Below are positions 12,403 to 25,900 of a DNA stretch of 64,000 bases, piece after piece. Numbering within the stretch: position 1 is the stretch's first letter; the number at the start of each line of letters is the position of its first letter. Source of the DNA: Piromyces finnis finn (lineage: Eukaryota; Fungi; Neocallimastigomycota); contig MCFH01000066.1 in NCBI GenBank assembly GCA_002104945.1, positions 1 to 64,000 on the forward strand. Reading direction: 5' to 3'. Under the pieces are notes generated by a model. It worked only from the letters and a program-made list of their open reading frames with translations, had not been told where the DNA came from and did not search any database. The position numbers and the translations under genes are program-made.

Positions 12403-13093
12403 AAAAAATAATAAATAAATCCAATCATTGCGCAATGGATGTTTGGTTGGTCTTTATTGGGAAATATTATAAAGACTAAGCTCATGGTACTGGGCGAATT
12501 ATTTTTTTTTTCCATCGAGTATTAGTTTATTTGATGGATAAGTTGAATGTTGATATTCAGGTAAGTTTGTTTAGTATTTAATTAGAAGAGTAATACATTT
12601 TTGTTGCTGTATTTTTTCTTTTAATTCATGTATTTATGTAGTACTACTCTTCTCTTGTAAGAATCCAATGTAGTCAACTTTAGCATTTGCATTGTATTTT
12701 TATATTCATGTAGCTATGGTTGAATTGTTTCCTGTAAGAGATTGATTTACTCTGTATCATGTAAAAATACTATTCACAATCTTTCTGATGTCGACATTCA
12801 ATTCCGATTTAAAATCTTACCAATTTAAATATTTATGAAAAAGTAAAGTCAAATAATTTTTAGTGTCAAAAAGCGAATCGAATTTACTAACAACAAACCA
12901 AAACTAGAATTTACAAAGAAAAATTACAACTTCAAATTAAAAAAAAGAAATTATAATCAAAGCATTGAAACAATTTTTTGTACTATTCAGTACTTTTTTA
13001 AGAAGAGAGATACAGATTTTTCCCATTATATTTATAATTATTTATTAGTTCTTATTTTATATTCAATTTATTTTTTAATTAGAATTAATTATC

Positions 13094-16000
13094 ATGTCCG
13101 TTCTTTATATCAAAGATAAGAATTATATTAGACGTGGTACCCGCTCTTATGGTATTCCCTTAGATAATATTAGATCCTTCTTTATCCGTGGTATTCGATC
13201 ATGGTCAGTTAGCAAACTATAGGAAAAACTCGAGGTTATTCTGAAGGACAATTTTAATTCAGTTATTAGTGTTAAATATTTGAAGAATTTCAATGATCAC
13301 TTTTTCACTTTTTCTTAGTCAAGGTTCATGGTTCAATGAAAGACTGTTATAATATTTTACACATCTTAAGGAAGAAACTTTCAACTGCCAAAATTTCCTT
13401 TTCAGCTCGTAGTAGAAGGAATCACAAATACACTTTTTCTTCACTCAAACGTAAATTTTTAGTTTCCAATAAAAAACAACAATCAACTCAACAATCAATT
13501 CAACAATCATCTCAACAATCATCTCAACAATCTCATCAACATTCAGATCATTAATAACGATGACAATAATAATAATAGTTATAGCAACGATTCTTGCTCA
13601 TCCAACAAGCCCGATAATTTTTCTTTCTGTCTTAGTTGGAATACCAATGGGTGGAATCATGAGAAGAGAGATAGCATTAGCTATTTCACAGCTATTTTTA
13701 AACCATTATTTTTATGCTTTCAAGAAACTGGTAATAATTCTGGATCGAATACAGAGTATCCTTGTCGTGTTACTTTGCGAAATTATAGACACTTTTTCAA
13801 GAAAGCTGATGAATTAGTTCCTGGAATGAGAGGTTTATATTTAGGTATTCACAATTCGTGTCAAGCCTCACTTGAAAACTTCTTAGGTAAGTATATTATC
13901 TCTATTTATACTTTTAGCCTTTGGAATAGATTCAAATGCTCGATTGGGAATGTTTATATGCCTCATAGTCATCACAACATCTATGTTGATCATTCAAAGT
14001 TAGAAGTTCGCTTGTGGTTACAAACTCACTCATCTCATCCATCGATTCTTGTTGGTGATTTTAATATGTCTAAAGTAAAATTATCTAACTGGTTATCATC
14101 TAATGGATTAGGAGATTGGGAAGTTCTTCCACTCAAAGGTTCTTCTATCTCTTGGACTCGGGGTGATCAATCTTCCGACATTGATCAAGCTCTTATCAAC
14201 TCGAAGATGAAAGATCTTATTCACTCAGGATCATTCATAACTGATTTTTATCCTGTTTCAGATCATAAGCCACTTCTTATTAATGGTAAAGTTATTCCTA
14301 TGGATGATTTTTCTAATGACTTTAGTGTTCCTAAGAAAATTCTGAAATGGAATAGATTAAAATGTATTGAGGAAAAGGAATCTATTCTCAGTCACAATAA
14401 ATTCCAAATACTTTCAGCAAAACTCAACGATTCTAATTTTTCGACAGATGAACTCTCCAAAGAGTTTACTTTAACTGCTTTTTCAATTGCAGACGAGCTC
14501 AGTATTACTTCTGTAAATAATATTATAAAATCTTCATTTCATATTTCACAACAAATTTTTAATCTTCAGAAAATCAAAATGAAGCTGTATAGGAAATTTA
14601 AAAAAGAAAAAATTTATGATATAGATGAATTGATTAAAAGGATTGAAATTTATCATAAGCTCATTAACTACATTCATAAAAAATGTAATGAGTACAGGAA
14701 ACAAGAATATCTTCATTGGATTAAACCAGGTTGTGAGTATATGAAGAGTCATAATCCTAAGAAAGCTTGGAAATGGATCAAGAAAACAGCGAAAATCGGA
14801 AAAGATACTTTCTTTACTGCTCAACCTATTAAAAATAAAAATGGAGATTTAGTTGTTGCTACGGAAGAACAACTAGAGGTATGGCATGATCATTTCGAAA
14901 ATCTTGCATCTGATCCTAGTGGTGCAAGTCTTGACTTGGAGCGATGGTATGAAGAACCAACGAATAAGCGTTTTTCACTCCATATGCTTGACGAATGGGA
15001 TATCAATCAAGATATTAGTATTGATGAAGTCAGCTATCCTCTCTACTCCAAATTATAAAGCATCAGGACCGGATGGTATTCCTATTGAATTTTTCAAAGC
15101 ATTAATTCCTTCAAGTAATGATTCTAATAATGCTACTGATAATAATTCTTCTGGTAATGCCACTACCAATAATAATGCTCATGGTTTAAAATTTATTCAT
15201 AAATTATTCAACCGTATTTGGGACGGAGACTTCCCCAGCTCATGGAATGAATCCAGTATTGTTTCTATTCCGAAGAAGGGTGATTTGACAGATTGTGATA
15301 ACTACCGTGGTATATCGCTTATCAATAATGGTATTAAGTTGATCTCCAAAATTGTCACCACTAAAATTTCAGAATATGGTCTTAAGAACAATTTCATTAG
15401 ACCGGAACAATTTGGTTTTCGAAAAAAGGAAGAGAGTATCAGTCTTTTCATCTCAATCTAAGAAATATGTCGTAGACGTCAATTAGATAATAAAGAGACA
15501 TATTTGGCCTTTTTAGATCTTAGGAAAGCATACGATTCAGTCCCAATCGGTAATATCCTACATAAATTAGATTGTTTAGGAATTAGAGGTAAGAGTTTAC
15601 AGTTTATAAAAAAATTATATTTAACATCTAAGGCTAATGTCAAATTAGATGGACAATTCTCGAAATCTTTTGATGTGAAGAAAGGAGTCCGTCAAGGATG
15701 CCCTCTTTCTCCTATTCTCTTTAATCTCTTTATTAATGATATTTTTAAAGGGTGCGAAGATCTTGGAGTCAGTTTAGGAGGCATTCGATGCTGCGGTGGA
15801 CTATTTGCAGATGATATAGTTATTTGTGCTCCTACAAGATGCTGCTTAAAAAAGTTGCTTAAAAAAGTTAACGAATGGGCGATGTATAATGAAATGGAAT
15901 TTGGTATCCAAAAATGTTCAACGATGGTGATTCGTCCTGAATCAGTTGAAAATCAGAACAAGAGAGATCCAACATTCTACTTGGCAGGACAACCCATTCC

Positions 16001-17393
16001 AACTACTGATTGCTACACTTATCTTGGTGTTCCATTTGATAAGAATTTGTCTCTTAAACCAGTTATTAAAGCTCTTAATAACAAGGTTTTGAAAGGACTT
16101 TTTTCAGTCAGTAAATTCTTAAGAAACCCTAATATTCCTATTCCTTTCAAAAAGCTAGTACTTAACTCACAAGTGATCAGCAGAGTTTCATACTTTGCAC
16201 CATTACTCGGATCCAATAAAGCTAGGTCTAGAATTGCTCAGAAGCATGTTAACAAAGGAATACGGTGGGTTGCAGGAGTTCATAAAGCTGTATCGTTTAT
16301 ATCTCTATATTCTATTTCAAAAGATTTGGGTATTCCTCCATTGTCAGCCAAATGCGCATTAGCTCATGTTAGATGTTTTAACAAGTAGAAAAGCTCAAAT
16401 TGTATTATTTCACACCTTGTCAAGTACATTCCTAAATTTAGAAAATATACATGGTGCAAATCAAGTAGGACACTTGATAAAAAATTAAAGAAGCATGGAG
16501 ATGTTAAAGCAGTTAAAAACTTTTATTGGAGAGATCTCAAAGGAAAATCAATCAAAGCTCAATACTATGACGATAATAATTTTATTGAAACTAAAGACTT
16601 TATTAAATTATGCTATGAGTACCCAGAGTTTGCCTATGGTTTCTACTGGCTTTTGAAAGCAAGAAGCGGATACAAGTTGGATGCTAGAGTTGCAAAAGCC
16701 GCTAAATTTTTTGATCCTGTTTGTCCTAACTACTGTCCATGTTGCAAGAGTGGAGATCAAAGTATTAAACATTGGTTATTAGATTGTCCAACATTTAGAG
16801 ATATCCGTATTAAATATTATGATTACATAGTCCAACTATTATATTTTTTCAATCAACGTAATTCCGATAGTCCTATCAATAATAATGAAGATGTTGATAA
16901 CAGTAGAGATAGCAATAATAATAATAATAATAATAATAATGACAATAATAATAATAATAATTTTAACAATAGTAGTAATAATAGTAGTAATAGAAACAGT
17001 GAAGATAATAATTCTAATTTAGATAGTAATTTAGTTAATAATAGTAATAGTTCTAATAATCCTGTGAATATTAATGTGTATGATTATTCTAGTGTGTGCA
17101 ATAAAATATTTAAATTCCTTCTTGGGGGAAGAAGTTTTAACAATATCAATTGCAATTCAAGGGAATGGAAAGAACTTTGCAAGTGTCAGACTCAATCGGG
17201 CACTTGCGAAAGAACACCATTCTTGACTGTAACAGCGGAACTTCTAACCAAAATCATGCCTTTTGTTATTGGCCAGCAATGGTCAATGTTCAAAAGGTTT
17301 GAAGCAACATCCAAGAGCGTCAATGCTGAAGAAACAGTAAGACAGGCCAGGAGGGCCAGCGCAACCAATGGAGATCATAATTTTGTCCCATGA
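13094..17393 (+). pseudogene. LINE family 1 polyprotein (N-terminal domain, APE endonuclease, RT, CCHC finger), disrupted
   Basis: WNTNGWN..CFQETG, ILVGDFN, SDHKP (APE); KASGPDGIP, LDLRKAYDSV, GVRQGCPLSPILFNLFI, LFADD (RT); CPCC..HWLLDC. Several stops and frameshifts split it into the ORF-track pieces. Confidence 0.9.
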
Positions 17394-17709
17394 CAAATGA
17401 CAAAAATTTGATCGTTGACTCGGTGTCCCATTGGAAGTCAAATACAATTATTATACTTTAGTATAATAGTGGCTTTCTTACTTTAATTAAAATTACTAGA
17501 ATACATTATACCCAATTTTTATTCATTTGTGTTTATTTAAACATATTTTTTATTTTTTTATTTTATTTTAATTTTTTATAACATGTATTATAATTTTAAT
17601 TAAATTAATAATAAAGTTTAAAAATATTTGATGCCGTTAAAAAAAAAAAAATAAAAAAATTCAATACTTCAATTTATTAATATCTATTACCATAATTAGT
17701 TCTTTCAAA

Positions 17710-20700
17710 ATGAACAATGCCAATTGTACTGTACCTACCTTACGACGTGGTCTTCGTTTCTTCGGATCTAACTCCAATAAATCATACCAAATTTTTATCC
17801 ATGATCTTAGTTCATGGTCCAAACAACGACTAATGGAATTTCTTTTAAAGGACATTCAACCTTTCAATGATATTTTTCAATCCCTCACCAAAAAATATTC
17901 ACAATCACTCGGTACCTATTTCATTCTAAAAGTCAATGGAAAATGCCCGCTTAAAGCCATGTTACTTATAAACTCACTTTCTAAAAAACTCCCAATCTCT
18001 AGTAAAATATCTTGGAAATTCATTGATAAACTTAAAAACAATAGGTCATACAAGAAAAAACGATCTATCAAATCCACTACTGGTCCACTCTCTGACGATT
18101 TTTACTTTAGTCACTTAAATTCTAATGCTTCCTTTTTCAACTTATGTACCTGCTGGAACATCAACGGTTGGAACCCTGAGAAAAAAGACGGTGTTTTATA
18201 CTTCACCTCTGTTTTCAAACCTGTATGTGTCTGCCTTCAAGAAGTAGGTAACAGCCAATTCCTATGTGGTGATGCAATCTCCTCCCCATGCTTACCGAAC
18301 TATAAACCAGTACACAGACGTGCTAATCCTAAAGTTCCAGGAATGAGAGGACTTTACATTGGTGTTCATAACTCTTGTTCCTTTACTCCTGAACCTCTTC
18401 TATATAAGTACATTATTTAAGTTACAATTATGTCATTTTGGAGCCAGAGGTGTACCATCGGTAATATTTACTTCCCGCAAACTAGATGGCCGGATGCTAG
18501 ATTAATTGCCTTTGATGAACTTGATAAGTGGTTAACAACACACAACAAGTTCAACCACCCAGCTATCCTTGTAGGAGACTTTAATATGTCAGCTATTAAA
18601 ATCAAATCTTATATATCGCAACACTTCCCTGATTGGACTATGGTAGAATTAACTGGTAATAATTTCACCTGGGAAAAAGGTTCTAAATCTTCATGTATTG
18701 ATCATATTATATACAACAAAGCTATGACAGAACACATAAACAAATCTTCAGTTTGCGAAGTTTTTCACGATGTTTCTGATCACACACCGATCCTTGTGTC
18801 TTGTAAAAAAGACTCTTCTTATGGTTTCAAAAAGCCTAAGAAGACCTTTAAGTGGTCAAGTCATATCTGTAACACAAAGTGTTCTGACATTCTTACTAGT
18901 AATCGCTTTGCTGTTCTAGCCTCTGAGCTTGAAGCTAATTGCGATAGCCTATCGGCTGACGATATGGTTTCCAAATTTTTAGATACTTCAAAAAATATAG
19001 GTAAAGATATAAAAGCCATTGTGCCTTTCATTGCCCTCAATACATCAAAAACTTATCACATGAAAAACACCTGGCTTACAAAAACATTAAGCCCCTTTCA
19101 GATTGTGCTAACATGGATAATTATCTTAACCAGTTCTCCATATACCAAAATTTATGTAATACTATCAAAAAGGTTAAGAGTAAACTCAGATCCAATCTCT
19201 ACAAAGCTAATATTGTTTCTATCGGTAAACATTTTATTGATAAAAGCTTTAGACAAGGTTGAAAAGGTCTTAAAAAACTTGCCAAGACAAGTTATTCGTC
19301 CTCTCATGTTTCAACTATTAAGGACAAGAACGGCAAGGATTTATTTACTCCTCAAGAACAATTAAAACGTTGGGCTGAACATTATGAAAATCTTGCATCT
19401 GATGTTACAAATCACAGCTTAAATCGGGGTTACTGGGAAAGAGCCTTCCAATTCAATCATATCAATCAAATAGCATGGGATATTAATGATCCCATTTCTA
19501 TTGAGGAAATTAGGAATATTGTTCTGTCAATGAAGAATAATAAGGCTCCAGGACCCGATGGTATTCCAATTGAATTCTTCAAAGCTTTCTTTTGTAACGA
19601 AGAACTGGAAAAAGAACATAAGTCTGCTGGAAATTGTCTTAAATTAATTTTTAATAAAATCTGGAATGGTTCTTTTCCTTTGAAATGGAACTCTGCTTCC
19701 ATTGTTTCCATTCCAAAGAAAGGCGATCTCTCAGATTGTAATAATTATCGTGGTATTTCTCTCATCAACGTAGGTCTTAAAATCATTTCAAAAATTGTAA
19801 CTGATAGAATTTCAAAGTATGCTCTTTCTCATAACTTTATAAGACCTGAACAATTTGGTTTTCGCAATAAAGAAGAGTGTATTAGCTTATTTATTTCCAT
19901 TAGAGAAATCTGTCAAAGAAGAAAATTTAAAGGAAAAGCCACATATGTTGCTTTTCTAGACCTTAAAAAAGCATACGACTCAGTTCCTATTTTTAATATT
20001 CTTACAAAGTTATATAAATTAGGTATACGTGGTAAATGTTTTGATTTTCTCAATAATCTCTACTCTACCTCAAAAGCTCGTGCACGTTTCTTGGATATGC
20101 TTTCTAATGAATTTCCTATCAATCGTGGTGTAAGACAAGGATGTCCTCTTTCTCCTATTCTATTTAACCTCTTCATCAATGATATTTTAAATAAATGCGA
20201 AAGGCTTGGAGTTAGCTTAGGAAATAAACGTTGCTGTGGTGGCCTTTTCGCTGATGATATTGTTCTGATTGCTCCTAGCAAGAAGAACCTTCAAAAGATG
20301 CTCAATCTAGTGCATGATTGGGCTAATTTAAATGAAATGTCTTTTGGAATAAATAAAAATGCAACTATTGTTGTTAAGCCTATCAACTTTAATAGATCCC
20401 CTAGTTATGTCGATCCTACATTTTACATCGGTATGTACTCGATTCCAAAGGTTTCTTGCTACACTTATCTTGGAATCCCATTCGACGAAGATCTTTCTCT
20501 GACTCCTATTTTGTCTAATATATACAAAAAAGTTCAGAAATCTTTATTCTCTTTTAAGAGCTTCCTCACCAACAATTGTGTTCCTATTGGCTTAAGAAAT
20601 ATAGTAATTCATTCCTATATTCTAAGCAAAGTCTCTTATTATGCTCCATTACTTGGTTCCAACAAAAATAGAACTAGAAGAGTCCAATCTCTTATCAATA

Positions 20701-21661
20701 CTGCTATTTTATGGAGTGTCAATAGTTTTCACAATAAAAGCCTTAATAACAAAGATTTTGTTTTTGAACAAAATTCATTTATTAGACTGTATGCTCTTAC
20801 GAGAGATATGAAGATCTCTACTCTTTCAGGTATTTGTGCTGCGCAACAAGTGAAATGCTTTGTTAAATGGAGAAAATCAAATTGTATTATAAAAGATCTC
20901 GTCCGATCTATTCCTCCCATGTCTCATTACTCTTGGGCCAAAGAATCTTGTTCACTACATAAGAAGCTTATGAAAATAAACATTAAAAGTACTAAAGATA
21001 TTAGAGAACATTACTGGAATAATAGTAGCCTAAATAATGGAAGTAAAGCCCTCAGATATACTAACAACAAATTCCTTAATTCAAATCGCCTAATGCATAT
21101 CGGTCTCAACAAACCTCACTTAAATTTAGGAATTACCTGGATTATTCGTATTCGATGCGGTTATGAAAATACTACCCGAATTGCTATTGCCAGTAATAGA
21201 GTTACTCCTGACTGCCCTCGTGTCTGTCCATGTTGCGGATATGACGAACAATCTTTTTACCATTGGATATTAGAATGTTCTGCATTCTCTGAGTACAGAA
21301 CTTCTTCACTTAGCTTTCTCGACGATCTTTTTACCCTTTTTTACAATAAATATACGAATTAATTCATTATATACTTACTCTCTCCGAAACGGTAGTAAGA
21401 AAAACAATTTATAACTATATTTTTACGTTCCTTCTTGGTGGAACTTTAGCTTATGATGAGCTACAAATCGATAAGGTGGAACAAAGACATTTGAATGAAC
21501 AGCTTTACAGTTCATCGGGGTCTCATGTTCCATATGTAGAGGGTCTCGCGGCTTTTCTTACTAAAACAATCCCTATCATTAGTAGCTCTATGAAGCTACT
21601 TTTTGATAGGTTTAGTAAGACACCTAACGTAATCAAGAGCGCCGACGTCGTACCAATATAG
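17710..21661 (+). pseudogene. LINE family 2 polyprotein (N-terminal domain, APE, RT, CCHC finger), disrupted
   Basis: WNINGWN..CLQEVG, ILVGDFN, SDHTP; KAPGPDGIP, LDLKKAYDSV, GVRQGCPLSP, LFADD; CPCCGYDEQSFYHWILEC. Stops at 18418 and 21360 plus frameshifts. Confidence 0.9.
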
Positions 21662-22972
21662 CAAAGGAATATTCTAAATGTTCCATACACAGGGTTCAAT
21701 GTTAGTATTTCTTTGAATGAAAACATTATGAACTCATGGGAGAGTTTAGTGTACAACACACTATCATACCTGATGTTACTTCTTTTTTTTATTTCATTTA
21801 ATTTATTAGGTAGGGACCAATCCCACACAGTACAAATTGCAGAGTTCATTGAACTTTTATGCAACTTAAATAATTATTTTATATTATTTTATATTTATAT
21901 TTTTATTTATATATATTTTATTATTTTTATTTATTATTTATTATATCAATATGTATTATCACCTAATATTATGTAATATCATTAATTAAATAAATAAAAT
22001 AAAAGATGTGTATTCTCTTCCTAGTCTAAAAAAAAAAAAAAGAAAAAAATTCTTCCATCTTCTACTTACATTAGATAGTAGTTGCTTTTCAACTTTTATA
22101 ACATAATAATAAACTTAAAATTGTTTGATTCGGTAGTATTAAATACTGATTTTGAATACTTTGATTTCATTTTTTATTTTTTAGCTTTCATAGACATTTT
22201 GTTATCCCAGTTTATTACTGTAAAAGTTTTATAAATGTAAAACAGATTATAAATTTTTTTACAATAAAACAACAACACAAAATAAAGAAAAAACAAGAAA
22301 ATAAATTATATTTAAAAAAATATCTCTTTTATTAATTTTATTTAGTTATTAACTAAATAATAGTCAATAACAATTACATCGTTTTAATTAAGAAAATTTA
22401 CATGTATTTATATTTTTTGTAAATTATATTTTAATATACTATTCTATTTAATTATACATATATTCAATATAAAATAAACAAAACTAATTTAATACTAATT
22501 TAATTAAATAATAAAATAATAAAACTAAACTAAAACTAATTAAATACACTTTTGATTCAATTTGAGTAAACTGCAAATTGAATACAGTCCATGTATTACC
22601 TATATATTAATTAAATATTAATAATACTATTTATTATATATTTATAATTAAAAATGCTAATTTAAAACTACGCTAAAGTTATTAAACTATTTTTTAATTA
22701 AATAAGAACTTTTTAAGATTTAATTTGAATATTTAAAATATTTAAATTTAATTATCCATTAATTTAAATATTTATCCAAATTTCATTTCTAACATTGATA
22801 TTTTAAAATTAATCTTTAATTATTCCATAAAATTTATATAATAAATTTTATAAATAATTTTTCATTAAAATATCAAAATTATTATTCAATAATTATTAAT
22901 TAATTATTAAATAATTTAAAGATATACTTTATATCTTTACAATCTCGTCCTTTAAGTCGAGCTCCTGCGAGA

Positions 22973-25900
22973 TTATTTCTTTGAAGGAATATCAATTACA
23001 AATGGTTGATATCTATGTCTGATCATACCATTGTTATTCCTTGTATAAACTTGATCTTGACTTTCTTTTCTAGACTTTTTATTTTTCCTATAAAATTCTT
23101 GGATCAATTGTACATCTGAAATTTGATCTTCCGGGATCCAAGTATTTTCGTCAAGATTTTTCCATGTCATCAAGAAAGATTTCTTTCCATGATAATTTCT
23201 TTCTTGAATAATCTTATCAGGAATCCTATCAATAGTATCAGTAGTTAACTTAATATTTTTTCTTTTATTTATTACTGATCTATTTATAAATTCATTTTCG
23301 TTATAAGGTTCTAATAACGAGACATGAAAAACAGGGTGGCAACGTAAATTATTTGGCAACTTTAATTCAAATGCTAAAGGACTTACCTTCTTGATTATTT
23401 CAAAAGGTCCGAGCATTTGATCAGCAAGTTTTCTTTTAACATTTTTGTTTGAAGGATTAATACCTTTTAATAACCAAACTTTTTTACCAACTTCGAAACT
23501 TGGGGATTCCATTCTCTTTTGATCAGCATACTTTTTATAGGTTTCTTTTGCTTGATCAAGATTTTCTTTCAAAAATTTAATGTTTTCATTAATATCCAAA
23601 ATTCTTTGTTCAGCTCTATTTGGTCTATTCGCTGAAGGAATTTCAGGATTGAATTTTGGATTGAACCCATAATTAGCGAAAAACGGAGATTGATTGATTG
23701 ATTGCTGTAAAGTATTGTTATAAGCAAATTCAGCAAAAGGTAACAAATCAACCCAGTTATTCTGTTTTTCGTTAATAAAACAACGGAGATATTGTTCCAA
23801 TATCCCGTTCACCCTCTCCGTTTGTCCATCAGTTTCAGGATGGTTTGCAGTAGAAAAAGCAAGTTTAATATTTAACAAATTACATAAGCGATTCCAAAAG
23901 TCTGAAGTAAATTGAGTACCTCAATCAGAAATGATAGAATCAGGAAAACCATGTAATTTAAAGATATTGTTAACAAAAACATCAGCTGCTATAGAAGCAG
24001 TAGGCAGACATCTTAAAGGAATAAAATGAGCCATTTTTGTTAACCTATCAACTACAACCATAATGGTGGTCATGTCTTTGGATTTTGGAAGCTCGACAAT
24101 AAAATCCATTGACAATTCCGACCAAGCTCTATTAGGCGTGGAAAGAGGAGAAAGCAAACCATATGGTTTATGTCTTGGAACTTTAGCTTTACAACAAGTT
24201 TCACAAGACTTTATAAATTTTTTAACATCATAACTAAATTTTGGCCACCAAAAATTTCTACTAATTAATTCAATAGTTTTATTAACACCAAAGTGACCAG
24301 CAGAAATAGAATCATGATGTAATTCTAAGACCCTAGTTCTTAATGAAGAAGGAACATAAATTAAATTATCGTAAAGTAAAAATCCTTCTTTATCAATTTT
24401 AACTTTATTAATATTCCTAATCGGAGGGGACAAAGAATTTTTTTCATTTAAAAATACACAAACTTTATTATATAAATCATCATTTTTTAAAGAACATAAA
24501 ATAGAATTGATTAAAGAATCATCTTTATTAAAAGTATTAATTACATTACATGAAATAAAATTACAACTAAAATTACTACATTCAATGTTTTTATTAATTC
24601 TATTATTATTACTATCATTACAAATGTGATCACTACGTCTGGATAACAAATCAGGTTTGCCACACTTTTTTCCAGCCCTATATATTAACTTAAAATCAAA
24701 TCTAGATAAGAATTCATACCATCTTATCTGTCTTTGTGAGAGCATTTCAGGCTTTCTTGGGAAAGTTAAATTCTTATGATCAGTATAAATGACGAACTGA
24801 TGCTTTGCACCTTCCAGATAGTGTCTCCATTCTTCGAGAGCCACTTTGATAGCGAGCAACTCTTTATCATAAATTTGATAATTTCTTTGAGACTTGGTTA
24901 AGCTAGATGAAATAAAAGCAATAGGGTGCAATTGCCCTTCAAACTCTTGTGAAAGAATTGCACCGACTGCAAAGTTACTAGCGTCAGTCTCAACAATAAA
25001 AGGTTTGTTGCTATCAGGGTTCATTAAAATAGGAGCAGAAGTAAAAGCCTTTTTAAGTATAACAAATGCATTTTGACACTCAGAAGCCCAATTAAAAGGA
25101 ACATTTTTCCTAGTAAGTTTATGTAAAGGACTTGCGATTTTTGCAAAGTCTTTAATAAAAATTCTATAATAATTGCATAATCCAATAAAAGATTGGACTT
25201 CTTTAACATTTGTAGGAACAAGCCAGTCGAGGATAGCTTTAACTTTATCTCTATCCATTTTCAAACCATCTTTGGATAATACATAACCAAAAAAAGTGGT
25301 TTCTGAAACATCAAACTCACACTTCTCTAACTTTACATATAAATTATTTTCTAATAATTTTTCCAATACTTTTTTAACATGTTCATGATGCTCTTCTAGA
25401 CTATTTGAGTATATTAGAATATCATCAATATATGATATAGCAAAATCATCCAAATAATCACTAAGGACATCATTTATGAAATGTTGGAAAGTAGCTGGTG
25501 CATTCTTTAAACCAAAAGGCATGACGAGATATTCAAAATGCCCATATCTTGTTCTAAAGGCAGTTTTGTATTCATCACCCTCTTTGATTCTTACTAAATT
25601 ATAAGCAGACTTTAAGTCCAATTTAGTAAAGTACTTTGCACCCTTCACTCTATCCAATAAGTCACCAATTAATGGAAGAGGATATGAATTTCTAATGGTC
25701 ATATCATTAAGTTTCCTATAATCAACGCATAGTCTTAATGACCCATCTTTCTTTTTGACAAATAAAACTGGTGCTCCGGCAGGAGATGTAGATTTCCTAA
25801 TGAAACCTTTTTCCAAATTTTCTTTAATATAACATTTTAATTCATCTCTCTCTGCCTCAGTTAAAGGATAAAGAGGACCATAAAACAAGTTAGAATTATC

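Larger units (their letters stand above)
12323..17659 (+). mobile_element. APE-type LINE family 1, full length
   Basis: 13-bp TSD TTCAATACTTCAA (12310-12322 / 17660-17672); poly(A) 17639-17659; APE, RT and C-terminal Cys/His motif. Confidence 0.92.
12247..22049 (+). mobile_element. APE-type LINE family 2, apparently full length, containing a nested family 1 LINE
   Basis: 15-bp TSD TTCTTCCATCTTCTA (12232-12246 / 22050-22064); poly(A) ~22028-22049; its 5' leader is contiguous in the paralog at ~36996-37333. Confidence 0.88.

Noticed and set aside
16890-17065. Poly-Asn tract as a functional LINE domain
   Set aside because: It is an AAT microsatellite expansion absent from family 2 and common in this AT-rich genome.
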